Source: a virus
Lineage: Duplodnaviria; Caudoviricetes
Strand: one strand, 5' to 3'
Length of the DNA: 37,277 bases
Virus record (IMG/VR): IMGVR_UViG_3300027896_000117
Coordinates: 1 to 37,277 of that record
This document shows positions 1-7,681 of this stretch, one piece after another (position 1 is the first letter of the stretch; each line of letters begins with the position of its first letter). The position numbers were made by a program, and so were the translations under genes. Under the pieces are notes generated by a model, which saw only the letters and a list, made by a program, of their open reading frames with translations, did no database searches and was not told where the DNA came from.

Positions 1-32
1 TAGTGTGATGACACTGAAACAAAGGAGCCATG

Positions 33-524
33 TCAACTAGAAAAAACGGTGATCTTAGAAAAACCTTCCTCTTCGGTTGGCAAGGTCAGAGACTGAACCA
101 TAGTCCCCAGTACATGCTGAGGAATAGTCTTGCCTGCCCGAGATTCGAGTCTACGGTTCCATTCAGCCGGTTCGGGAGTCGGAAACACCACTGCTTCAAA
201 CGTGTAGCCGTGTCCCTTAAAAAAGTCAATGAACTTCTTACGAGACTTTACAGACAGATTAGTACGATCAATGATCACACTTTCCCCGTTTTCTGCACAT
301 TCCGTAGCACCGTCCCACAGGACCTTTTCAGCGAACCCAACGAGTTCCTTGAATGCCTGATCATACGTGTAGCCATACATATGTGCTACTTCCTCAATGA
401 TCTTGTCGGTGGAAAGCACAACTTCGTGTCCACGCTTGAACACGTTTTCCACCCTGCGATGAGCAGTCCACGTGGATTTCCCAGAACCAGGAACCCCAAT
501 AAGAATAGTACAGGTCTTAGTCAT
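33..524 (-). CDS. P-loop polynucleotide kinase-like protein (AAA_33 / Pnk kinase domain only)
   Basis: Walker A GVPGSGKST, VLSTDKI, IIDRTNL..KSRKKF and RRLESR lid motifs typical of Pnk-type kinases; no phosphatase domain; close to an RNA ligase. Confidence 0.8.
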   Translation of the reverse strand: MTKTCTILIGVPGSGKSTWTAHRRVENVFKRGHEVVLSTDKIIEEVAHMYGYTYDQAFKELVGFAEKVLWDGATECAENGESVIIDRTNLSVKSRKKFIDFFKGHGYTFEAVVFPTPEPAEWNRRLESRAGKTIPQHVLGTMVQSLTLPTEEEGFSKITVFSS

Positions 525-684
525 CTTCTTTTTCCTTCAATAGATTGCGAGTTCGTTCCACAATACAGTTGCCTTTGTCTTCCAAAAAATGTGCCTGACA
601 ATAGCCATGATGATCATGATGACACGGTTCATCATGAATGTCAAGCCATTCTTGTAGCAGTTTGGTTAATTCGTTAGTCATCAT
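517..684 (-). CDS. Small Cys/His-rich hypothetical protein (55 aa, not in ORF track)
   Basis: Hand translation MMTNELTKLLQEWLDIHDEPCHHDHHGYCQAHFLEDKGNCIVERTRNLLKEKEDD; GAAGGG upstream; follows a sigma70-type promoter and overlaps the kinase start. Confidence 0.7.
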   Translation of the reverse strand: MMTNELTKLLQEWLDIHDEPCHHDHHGYCQAHFLEDKGNCIVERTRNLLKEKEDD

Positions 685-701
685 AACTACCCTTCATTGT
701 T

Positions 702-730
702 TTTATATACAAAAATAATTCATATGTCAA
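702..730 (-). promoter_or_regulatory. Sigma70-type promoter
   Basis: TTGACA (730-725), 17 nt, TATAAA (707-702). Confidence 0.7.
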
Positions 731-737
731 GAAGAGA

Positions 738-817
738 GATAAATAGTTGTGAGTCGCGGAAGCCCAATTCCCACTCACTCTAATGCTATGAAGGAGCAAT
801 CAGCATGACTACTTATT
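738..817 (+). promoter_or_regulatory. Conserved structured element, copy 1 (late promoter, two hairpins, antisense late-promoter box) upstream of HNH gene
   Basis: GATAAATA 738-745; stem GTGAGT 749-754 / ACTCAC 773-778 enclosing GGAA/TTCC; TCTAA; TGCT/AGCA hairpin over the GGAG SD; ATCAGCATG; homologous to 20754-20834. Confidence 0.75.
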
Positions 818-1503
818 CAAAAAACAGAACACCCAGCAAAATTTATCGTAAAATTTACGAAGATTACTATGGGCCAATCCCAATAGATGCTGATGGAAAA
901 TCCTATGAAATTCATCATATAGACGGCAATCATAAAAATAACGACCCATCTAATTTAATCGCAGTATCTGCACAAGAACATTATGATATTCATTATTCCC
1001 AAGGCGATTGGGGAGCTTGCTGGTTAATGGCAGAAAGACTGAAGTTGTCATCAAAAGAAATATCAGAATTGGCACGATTGGCGGCGAATAGAAGAGTAGA
1101 AAATGGAACTCACAACTTCCAAGATTCGGAGTTCCAGAGAGAAAAAGCACTGAGAATGGTCCGTGAAGGGACAAATGTTTTTGTTGGCGGCGAAATTCAA
1201 CGCCAACACAATAGACGCAGAGTAAATGATGGTTCACACCATTTACTCAAACGTCCCGATGGAACAAGTCACTCATCAGATAGAGTTAATGCAGGAACCC
1301 ATAATTTTCAAGACAGCAAGTCTCAGCAGGAAAGAGCATTGAAAAGGGTTAAAAATAAAACTCACAATTTTCAAAAAAGAGAAGGATATGAACATCCTTC
1401 AACGTCCGAAAAATGGTATTGCCATACTTGCAAAAAAGAAGGAAAGAATGCGGGAAGTAGAGGTAGATACCACAAAGGACATGAGGTTACTATAATTAAC
1501 TAG
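805..1503 (+). CDS. HNH homing endonuclease with repeated C-terminal motifs
   Basis: EIHHIDGNHKNNDPSNLIAVSAQEH HNH motif; about five RVxxGTHNF-like repeats; terminal CHTC knuckle; AAGGAG SD. Confidence 0.88.
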   Translation: MTTYSKNRTPSKIYRKIYEDYYGPIPIDADGKSYEIHHIDGNHKNNDPSNLIAVSAQEHYDIHYSQGDWGACWLMAERLKLSSKEISELARLAANRRVENGTHNFQDSEFQREKALRMVREGTNVFVGGEIQRQHNRRRVNDGSHHLLKRPDGTSHSSDRVNAGTHNFQDSKSQQERALKRVKNKTHNFQKREGYEHPSTSEKWYCHTCKKEGKNAGSRGRYHKGHEVTIIN

Positions 1504-2731
1504 CATTAAACTTTACGTTGTGGAACCATTTGTCTCGCAGTGCTTCATACTTAGTATTGCGAGACAAATTGTTAATAATAACACTATATATTGCATCTTT
1601 AACTTGCTCTTTAGTGCCTTCTTTATCCCACAAAGAGAACATAATAGGGCGCGCGAAGCTATCAAAGTTGGTTGCGTGATTAATTGCAAATTCTTTACGA
1701 TCACCGATATACTTATCAGATTTATAAAATTGAACATCAGACCAAATTTTATTAACCCTCTGATTGATTGCTTCGTTAAAGTCATTTTCAAACACAGTAA
1801 TTGCATCGCGATCCTCTACGGGTAGATGTGCCTTAACATCATCGATGGTGTTTTCCAATATCATTTGCACTACATTGCGATCTTGCAGGATAGCTTCCTT
1901 CGCCTTGTGAATCTGGAGATACCAATGGCACTTCAACTTCAACATATGACCATCATCAAAACGAACCACGAACCCTTCAAGGTCTTCCAGATCACGAACG
2001 TATTCAAGGAAAGCCTTCATATCGGTCTGCGGCTCGAATGCACGAACGACAGGAAGATATCCGCCATTAAGTGTAAATGCATTAACATTACCGACCATAG
2101 CATCATGTGTAAGATATCGGCCCGTGTCCATCTGGCGAATAGCAGTCAGAACAAGCTGATCTTCTTTATAATCAAGAACGATACGTTGCTTACGCGAACA
2201 CCATTCAAAGATAGGCGTTAGGCCAGCCAGAAGCATTTCAACTGCAAACTTTTCATAAAGAGGATTGTTCTTAACAAACTCCTCAACAGGCTTTGCCACA
2301 TCGGTAGCACCCATCTTCGTACCCCAGATCATCTGACCATTCACAATGAACGGTGCAATCATCGAACCATCCAGCTTCTCAAGGATAGCATGAGGGCGCG
2401 ACAGATCAATGACATGATCCTGAGTCTCTTCACGCTCATTCACATTGAAGAACTTGTGGAACGGGCGACGAAGGATTTCACCAGTCTTGGAGTCGAAGAT
2501 GATACCACGACATTCACGGCGAATCTTGGCATACACATCATTGATATCGCACGGACCATCGGGAGTTAGTCCGATATTCGGCACCACGACATTAGGAAAC
2601 GTATCAGCCATCATCACATTGTAGTTGATGACCGTGTATCCTTCCTTCGCAGCCACAACGAACTCGTCACGACCTTCAATGGCAGGCAGCACATCAGAGA
2701 TGTTGCGGATAAGGGGAAATTCATAGTTCAT
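1496..2731 (-). CDS. rnlA: T4 Rnl1-like RNA ligase
   Basis: RECRGIIF, RRPFHKFFN, motif I EKLDGS, TPIFEW, EGFVV, LKLK nucleotidyltransferase motifs. Confidence 0.92.
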   Translation of the reverse strand: MNYEFPLIRNISDVLPAIEGRDEFVVAAKEGYTVINYNVMMADTFPNVVVPNIGLTPDGPCDINDVYAKIRRECRGIIFDSKTGEILRRPFHKFFNVNEREETQDHVIDLSRPHAILEKLDGSMIAPFIVNGQMIWGTKMGATDVAKPVEEFVKNNPLYEKFAVEMLLAGLTPIFEWCSRKQRIVLDYKEDQLVLTAIRQMDTGRYLTHDAMVGNVNAFTLNGGYLPVVRAFEPQTDMKAFLEYVRDLEDLEGFVVRFDDGHMLKLKCHWYLQIHKAKEAILQDRNVVQMILENTIDDVKAHLPVEDRDAITVFENDFNEAINQRVNKIWSDVQFYKSDKYIGDRKEFAINHATNFDSFARPIMFSLWDKEGTKEQVKDAIYSVIINNLSRNTKYEALRDKWFHNVKFNAS

Positions 2732-2734
2732 TGT

Positions 2735-2938
2735 TTAAGCCTTCAATTTATTGAAAACAGAGTTTTGCAACTCCGAGATTTCGTCATAGGACAGATAGAA
2801 GTCAGTTGTCGGATCCCAGTATGCACCTTCGATGGGATCGTAATATGCGACCCGACCGTTGGGATAAAAGAACGGACCTTCGAGACCCTTGCGCGGCTGC
2901 CACTTGCGTTCTTGCTCAGTAAGAATCCTGTAAGCCAT
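2735..2938 (-). CDS. Hypothetical phage protein (start revised to MAYRIL)
   Basis: GGAG SD before ATG at 2938; YYDPIEGAYWDPTTDFY motif; TTGACA at 2998-2993 upstream. Confidence 0.75.
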   Translation of the reverse strand: MAYRILTEQERKWQPRKGLEGPFFYPNGRVAYYDPIEGAYWDPTTDFYLSYDEISELQNSVFNKLKA

Positions 2939-3013
2939 ATAACAAAGCTCCCTTGCTGTCGATATAACTGATATAAAGACAACAAGGGAGAATGTCAACC
3001 GGTTTTTCAAAAA

Positions 3014-3793
3014 TTACAGCACTAATTTAGAGTTAATCGGTGCCTCATAAAATTCCATTTTGTCTTTCATGCGCTTAATAAAGTGTGCATCAAATGTAAC
3101 TTCTGATTCGGTCAAATGTCGTTCCCAAAGTGCAATCAACGGATTACCCTTTTCAATCGGCACTAGAACTCGATTATCATTATCATCCTTGAACCAGTAC
3201 TCAAAGGAGTGACTAGTTCGCTTATTAGCGTTCAGCTTCCCGATATATGTCAGCTTCTTTTTGCCTTTAAACTTTTCTTCCCCGATAAGAGAAATGTAAT
3301 CTCCGCCAAAAATTTCGTTCAGGCCAAGATCATACTGATAAAAATAGGGAAGCCGGTAAGCTATCTTGATGAATGACTCTCTATAGGAATATGTACCCTT
3401 CCTAAGATCAAAATGATTGCTTGAAAGAAAGGCAATCAGCTTTTCACGAAACGTTGAGAGATTTCCGTCACGCAACTTAAACATCAACATTTTCTGTTCG
3501 TAGTATTTACGAATATTAGCTGCTAGTTCGCGGTCTTCGTCTTTGATTAGTCCTGACAATAGCTTATCGTCTTCACTAAGCCACAGAGTGTGAACCGGCT
3601 TACGCATCGTGTTTAGTTCGAAATTGTCCGGATCCTGATCATATTGGTCTCGAAGCCTCTTAATGACGCAACTGAGAACAAGAACGTCTTCGTTTATGTC
3701 AAAACTATTTTCGTCCCTACCAGGAAAGGTAGATACAAAAATATCCATCTCCGCAGTGGGTAAAATTTGATTTAATGTAGCAATTGTCATCAT
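3014..3793 (-). CDS. Hypothetical protein
   Basis: 259-aa ORF on the dominant coding strand, fits between neighbours. Confidence 0.75.
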   Translation of the reverse strand: MMTIATLNQILPTAEMDIFVSTFPGRDENSFDINEDVLVLSCVIKRLRDQYDQDPDNFELNTMRKPVHTLWLSEDDKLLSGLIKDEDRELAANIRKYYEQKMLMFKLRDGNLSTFREKLIAFLSSNHFDLRKGTYSYRESFIKIAYRLPYFYQYDLGLNEIFGGDYISLIGEEKFKGKKKLTYIGKLNANKRTSHSFEYWFKDDNDNRVLVPIEKGNPLIALWERHLTESEVTFDAHFIKRMKDKMEFYEAPINSKLVL

Positions 3794-3836
3794 GTGCTTA
3801 AACTATCGCAATTAGTGTTGAAATGCAAGGGTTTTG

Positions 3837-4295
3837 TTACCCAATCGAAATGTCTTCCATGCCGGCTGTTCTCAACCTAACAATGTGACCAAGCTGCCAC
3901 TGTTTGGTGTCAATGCCCTTCATGACGCCCAACCAACGATTTCGCAAAAATGCTACTTCGTTGATTAGGACTTCATAATCAATAACTTCATCTTCACCGT
4001 CTACGTACTTTTCGGCTGTGCGTTCGGTCAATGCTCTGTTATATGCTTCTAGATATTTTTTGTAATGCTTTCTGCGAATCTTACGCAGTTGAATGTTTAG
4101 GTAATTGAGTACCGCCTCAATCTCTTGTAGTTGATTGAAACGGTACTCAGTTATGCCTGGCAGATTAGAAATATTCTTCTCTACGTTCCCATAGACCTTT
4201 ACGTCACTCTTAGCTGACATCAACTCATTTTCATAATGAGCAATGAAGTCGGGGATAACGCTTAGGTCTTGAGTGATTCGGCTATACCAGGACAT
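3837..4295 (-). CDS. uvsY: UvsY-like recombination mediator
   Basis: Helical ~150 aa, AEKYVDGEDEV...WLGVMKGIDTKQWQL C-terminal pattern; near uvsX and SSB. Confidence 0.8.
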   Translation of the reverse strand: MSWYSRITQDLSVIPDFIAHYENELMSAKSDVKVYGNVEKNISNLPGITEYRFNQLQEIEAVLNYLNIQLRKIRRKHYKKYLEAYNRALTERTAEKYVDGEDEVIDYEVLINEVAFLRNRWLGVMKGIDTKQWQLGHIVRLRTAGMEDISIG

Positions 4296-4567
4296 TACCA
4301 GTCTTCTTCTTCGTCTTCGTTGTGGTAGTCGTCAAAAATGTCATCTACCGTTTCATGGTAGAGACCGTCTTCGGGAGATTCCATAAAGAACTCAAGTGCG
4401 TCCTTTATGTCTCTGTCTCCTCTAAACGTATGCTTGATTTCAGCAGGAGAATAGTCTTCTTCAATGAGATAGTTTACCAGTGTCTCTGCGGCTTCATCGG
4501 CTACATTACCTGCGTCAAGTGACGGCTTAAGCGTTTTCCAAATTTCATTTATAAGTGCTAAGCTCAT
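4295..4567 (-). CDS. Acidic hypothetical protein (start revised to MSLAL)
   Basis: GAGG SD before ATG at 4567; TAATG coupling to uvsY. Confidence 0.75.
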   Translation of the reverse strand: MSLALINEIWKTLKPSLDAGNVADEAAETLVNYLIEEDYSPAEIKHTFRGDRDIKDALEFFMESPEDGLYHETVDDIFDDYHNEDEEEDW

Positions 4568-4568
4568 A

Positions 4569-5153
4569 TTATTCCTCGATTTCTCCAAATAGCGGGTACC
4601 AAGTAAATTCCATTCCTTCAGTAAACATTTGCTCTCCAAACCCCAACTTGGTAGTTCTAAAAAGATAACAATGGTTCGATGAAGATATTGGTTCGTTTAC
4701 CTCAGTAACTTCTCCGGTTTCTTTGTTAAGGTCAAACACATGGAACATGTTAGTTTTTTGGATAGCATTAACAAGTGCCTGCCCATCATCAAAGATAGCG
4801 CCATCTGCTACTACATCCTTATCCACCAGTTCCTTTACTGAATACAGCAACCAGTACAAAGCATTACCTTTTCTTAGTTCGGCAGGAACATAAATTCCCT
4901 TTACGCCGAGATAATCTTTGTTACCGATATGCTCGTTACCCAAACGCAACATACCTAAGATAGTTCCATCAGACTTTACTAACATAAAAATGTCATTATA
5001 CTTATACAAAGCATAATTTTTTCTGACATCCGCTAGTTTAGTTGCTTGATTTAATAGTTTACCGTACTCGTGTTGAAATTCTGATGAGGTAGTGGAAGTT
5101 TCTGGAAACTTACCTGCTTGGAAAGCTTCCACTATCTGATCAATTTTAACCAT
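4569..5153 (-). CDS. Hypothetical protein, possible degenerate GNAT fold, with targeting-sequence-like N-terminus
   Basis: VKGIYVPAELRKGNALYWL resembles GNAT motif A; N-terminus MVKIDQIVEA. Confidence 0.55.
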   Translation of the reverse strand: MVKIDQIVEAFQAGKFPETSTTSSEFQHEYGKLLNQATKLADVRKNYALYKYNDIFMLVKSDGTILGMLRLGNEHIGNKDYLGVKGIYVPAELRKGNALYWLLYSVKELVDKDVVADGAIFDDGQALVNAIQKTNMFHVFDLNKETGEVTEVNEPISSSNHCYLFRTTKLGFGEQMFTEGMEFTWYPLFGEIEE

Positions 5154-6213
5154 CTGCGTTTTCGTCTTCTTCGACTAGGGCAACAGCTACCGGATGCTTA
5201 CCGAACTCTGCCATGATAGTGTCGAGACAACCGTCATCATTTGCATTCCAAGCCTTGCGGAACTTCTTAATGATGCTGCCATCAAGCTTGGTATAGACTA
5301 GAGAGTTGCCTTCCTTCTTGAGAAGACCCATTGCTTCGAACATGTCGAGAAGACCTGAATACGGACTCATACCAGTATCATACGGAATCTTGACCTGAAC
5401 AGACTCAAATGGCTTTGCATAACGAGTCTTCATGACCTTACATGCAGCACGAATACCTCGGACTTCGCTGACCTTGTTACCATCTTCGTCTTCCTTGAGC
5501 TTGAGCTTACGCATAGCTACGACGATAGATGAGGCATAAATGAAGCCCTGACCACCTGAAATCTTGTCATCGGGATCAAACATATCCTGTGAAGCATATG
5601 TGTGATTAGTTGCAACGAGTCCAACATTGTGACTACCGAACATATTGACGCAGTTACGAACGAGCGCGGTCAACGCCTTAGGCTTGCGACCCATGTCACC
5701 CTTAAGATCACCTGCATCAAACTGATTAACGTCAGTTGGAGTGAGCAACATACCTAGCGAGTCAATAATGAAAAGAACCTTCGGCTTGACATCATCTGTC
5801 ATCGCCTTGTAGCCCTTCATGAACTCACTGATAGTCTTAGCAACGTCATCGATCATTGCCATGTTCAACTTGAGGAGCTTGTCCTCGCTTGTATCAACGC
5901 CTAGAGCATGAAGCCATTTTTCATCAAGTGCGTTTTCACTGTCGATGAGAACTACGAAAATGCCTGCTTCCTGAGCGTGTTTTACTAAATTGCCCGAGCA
6001 AATATAAGACTTGCCGGCACCTGATTCACCTGCGAACACAGTAACCTTACCGAGCGGAACTCCCTTAGTGAAGTCACTGCTGATTCTATAGTTGAGTGCG
6101 TAATTGCCTGTGCTAATCCAATCTGTTGGGTCATTAAACCCGATACTAAGTCCGTCAATAGCCTTAGTAATATCCTTCCTAAATCGACTTACATCGAATG
6201 GTTTCGTTGTCAA
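5146..6213 (-). CDS. uvsX: UvsX / RecA-like recombinase
   Basis: Walker A GESGAGKS, IDSENA, Walker B FIIDSLG, TNHTY, ISGGQG, KTRYAKPF; TTG start. Confidence 0.95.
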   Translation of the reverse strand: MTTKPFDVSRFRKDITKAIDGLSIGFNDPTDWISTGNYALNYRISSDFTKGVPLGKVTVFAGESGAGKSYICSGNLVKHAQEAGIFVVLIDSENALDEKWLHALGVDTSEDKLLKLNMAMIDDVAKTISEFMKGYKAMTDDVKPKVLFIIDSLGMLLTPTDVNQFDAGDLKGDMGRKPKALTALVRNCVNMFGSHNVGLVATNHTYASQDMFDPDDKISGGQGFIYASSIVVAMRKLKLKEDEDGNKVSEVRGIRAACKVMKTRYAKPFESVQVKIPYDTGMSPYSGLLDMFEAMGLLKKEGNSLVYTKLDGSIIKKFRKAWNANDDGCLDTIMAEFGKHPVAVALVEEDENADG

Positions 6214-6225
6214 AATAATCTCCTG

Positions 6226-6456
6226 TTATCGTGCTATTTGTTTGATCTTATCATTATATGAAATTTTTTCAAGTAATTCGGGACTTTGTTCTGCCAACTG
6301 ATCAATTTCATAATCATTAGGAAAGTGGCGTAAGATTCCTCTTGCGCGGTCACGAATAATACTTGGGACTCTCGGAGTCTTGCCTGGATCACAAAGTTCT
6401 TCCAGAAGCTTCTTACCCTGCTTTAGTGATCTATATCTATCCTCTGATGTTGTCAT
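6226..6456 (-). CDS. Small conserved protein (BPSL0761-like)
   Basis: MTxxxxRYRS...TPRVP..IR..A...LRHFP pattern, recognised from memory. Confidence 0.6.
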   Translation of the reverse strand: MTTSEDRYRSLKQGKKLLEELCDPGKTPRVPSIIRDRARGILRHFPNDYEIDQLAEQSPELLEKISYNDKIKQIAR

Positions 6457-6469
6457 TGGATTTTTCCCT

Positions 6470-6499
6470 GAAAGAATGGGGAGGGCCGAAACCCTCCCC
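6470..6499 (-). terminator. Intrinsic terminator after SSB gene
   Basis: GGGGAGGG-TTTCGG-CCCTCCCC followed by ATTCTTTC (UUCG-type loop). Confidence 0.85.
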
Positions 6500-6507
6500 T
6501 AGCCTAA

Positions 6508-7524
6508 TTACTTAGACTGACGGGCACGAATCATTGCAAGAATGTCCTGTGCCTTATCGCTCGAAGTTGACTGCTGCGGAACAACAATCGGATCAGCGTC
6601 GAACGGCAGAGTATCATCTTCTGCCGGAGCCCGAGCATGTGCGCCATGAGTAGGAGCGACATTTACTGAAGGTGCAGCAGGAGAGCTGGTTCCAGCAGAC
6701 TCGTTCTGTGGGGCTGCTGCACCCTCAGGGGCTGCAAGACCATATGGACGATAGTATGCGCCCCACTTGTCATTGTCGTAAGGACGACCATCAACTGATG
6801 CTTCAAACATTTCCTTGATGATACGAAGTTCAGCTTCGCTTGGCTTCTTTGGCAAGAAGTCTGCAAGATTGAACAAACCATGAGCATCGATTGCAGCAAG
6901 CTCAGCTTCGGTAAGAGCAGATTCCTTACGAGCATAGTTCGAAGTCGAGTAATCAGCGTAACCACCCTTGCTAGTCTTACGAATAACAAAGTCCAAACCT
7001 GCCTTATAGTCAGTTGGAAGTTCGCTCATTTCAGGATCCATCAAGCCAGTCTTGATGATCGGAATGATCTGCGGGCTGATGACGAAACGACGAATCGGAT
7101 TAGCTGGGGTGACATCATCACCGAGTGGATTCTGGCGAACGAAGCCCTGAAAGAGATAAGTGCGCTTCTTCCAATACTTGTTAGCGAGGTCCTTAAGAGA
7201 TTCATCCTTGTACCAAGGGCGAACTTCTGCGAGAACTGGGCAATTGTCGCCATACATTTCTACGCACGGTACCTGAACAGTGATTTGCTTGACGTTAGAA
7301 TCGCCCTTAACACCATTGAAGGGCAGCTTGATCATTGCACGTTCAACCCAAAAGAATGAGTTGTTTGTGTCGCCGTCTGGGAGAAAACGAACGGTTGCCG
7401 AAGCACCTTCATCGATGTTCCAGAACGGATAAATTGCGTTGTCGGATTGATTGTTTGAGCCTTTGTTCTGGCCCTTGTTTTCTTGTGCCGCTAGACGGGC
7501 ACGGATTTCTGCTAAACTTGCCAT
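6508..7524 (-). CDS. gp32-like single-stranded DNA-binding protein
   Basis: ATVRFLP, CPVLAE, YWKKRTY, GLDFVIRKTSKGGYADYSTS, acidic/low-complexity tail; AAGGAG SD. Confidence 0.9.
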   Translation of the reverse strand: MASLAEIRARLAAQENKGQNKGSNNQSDNAIYPFWNIDEGASATVRFLPDGDTNNSFFWVERAMIKLPFNGVKGDSNVKQITVQVPCVEMYGDNCPVLAEVRPWYKDESLKDLANKYWKKRTYLFQGFVRQNPLGDDVTPANPIRRFVISPQIIPIIKTGLMDPEMSELPTDYKAGLDFVIRKTSKGGYADYSTSNYARKESALTEAELAAIDAHGLFNLADFLPKKPSEAELRIIKEMFEASVDGRPYDNDKWGAYYRPYGLAAPEGAAAPQNESAGTSSPAAPSVNVAPTHGAHARAPAEDDTLPFDADPIVVPQQSTSSDKAQDILAMIRARQSK

Positions 7525-7607
7525 TTTGTTTCTCCTTTTTAAATGTGCTAGATGTTGAGCTAAGTTTGTGTTTTATGTTTAGTTGTCGGAGCAACTAACA
7601 TGACGTA

Positions 7608-7646
7608 ACTATATTACAATAATCACTTCATGTCAATGTATTTATT
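7608..7646 (-). promoter_or_regulatory. Tandem late-type and sigma70-type promoters of SSB gene
   Basis: AATAAATA 7646-7639; TTGACA 7636-7631, 17 nt, TATAGT. Confidence 0.6.
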
Positions 7647-7681
7647 ACAAGATTGGGTACATAATATATTAGTTTTTTGCG

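Noticed and set aside
30-677. 215-aa plus-strand ORF
   Set aside because: Antisense to the kinase and the 55-aa gene; no recognisable motif
749-804. Shared leader as a hammerhead, twister, HDV-like ribozyme or SAM-II riboswitch
   Set aside because: Could not fit the required cores or pseudoknot order by eye on either strand; left unclassified pending an Rfam search
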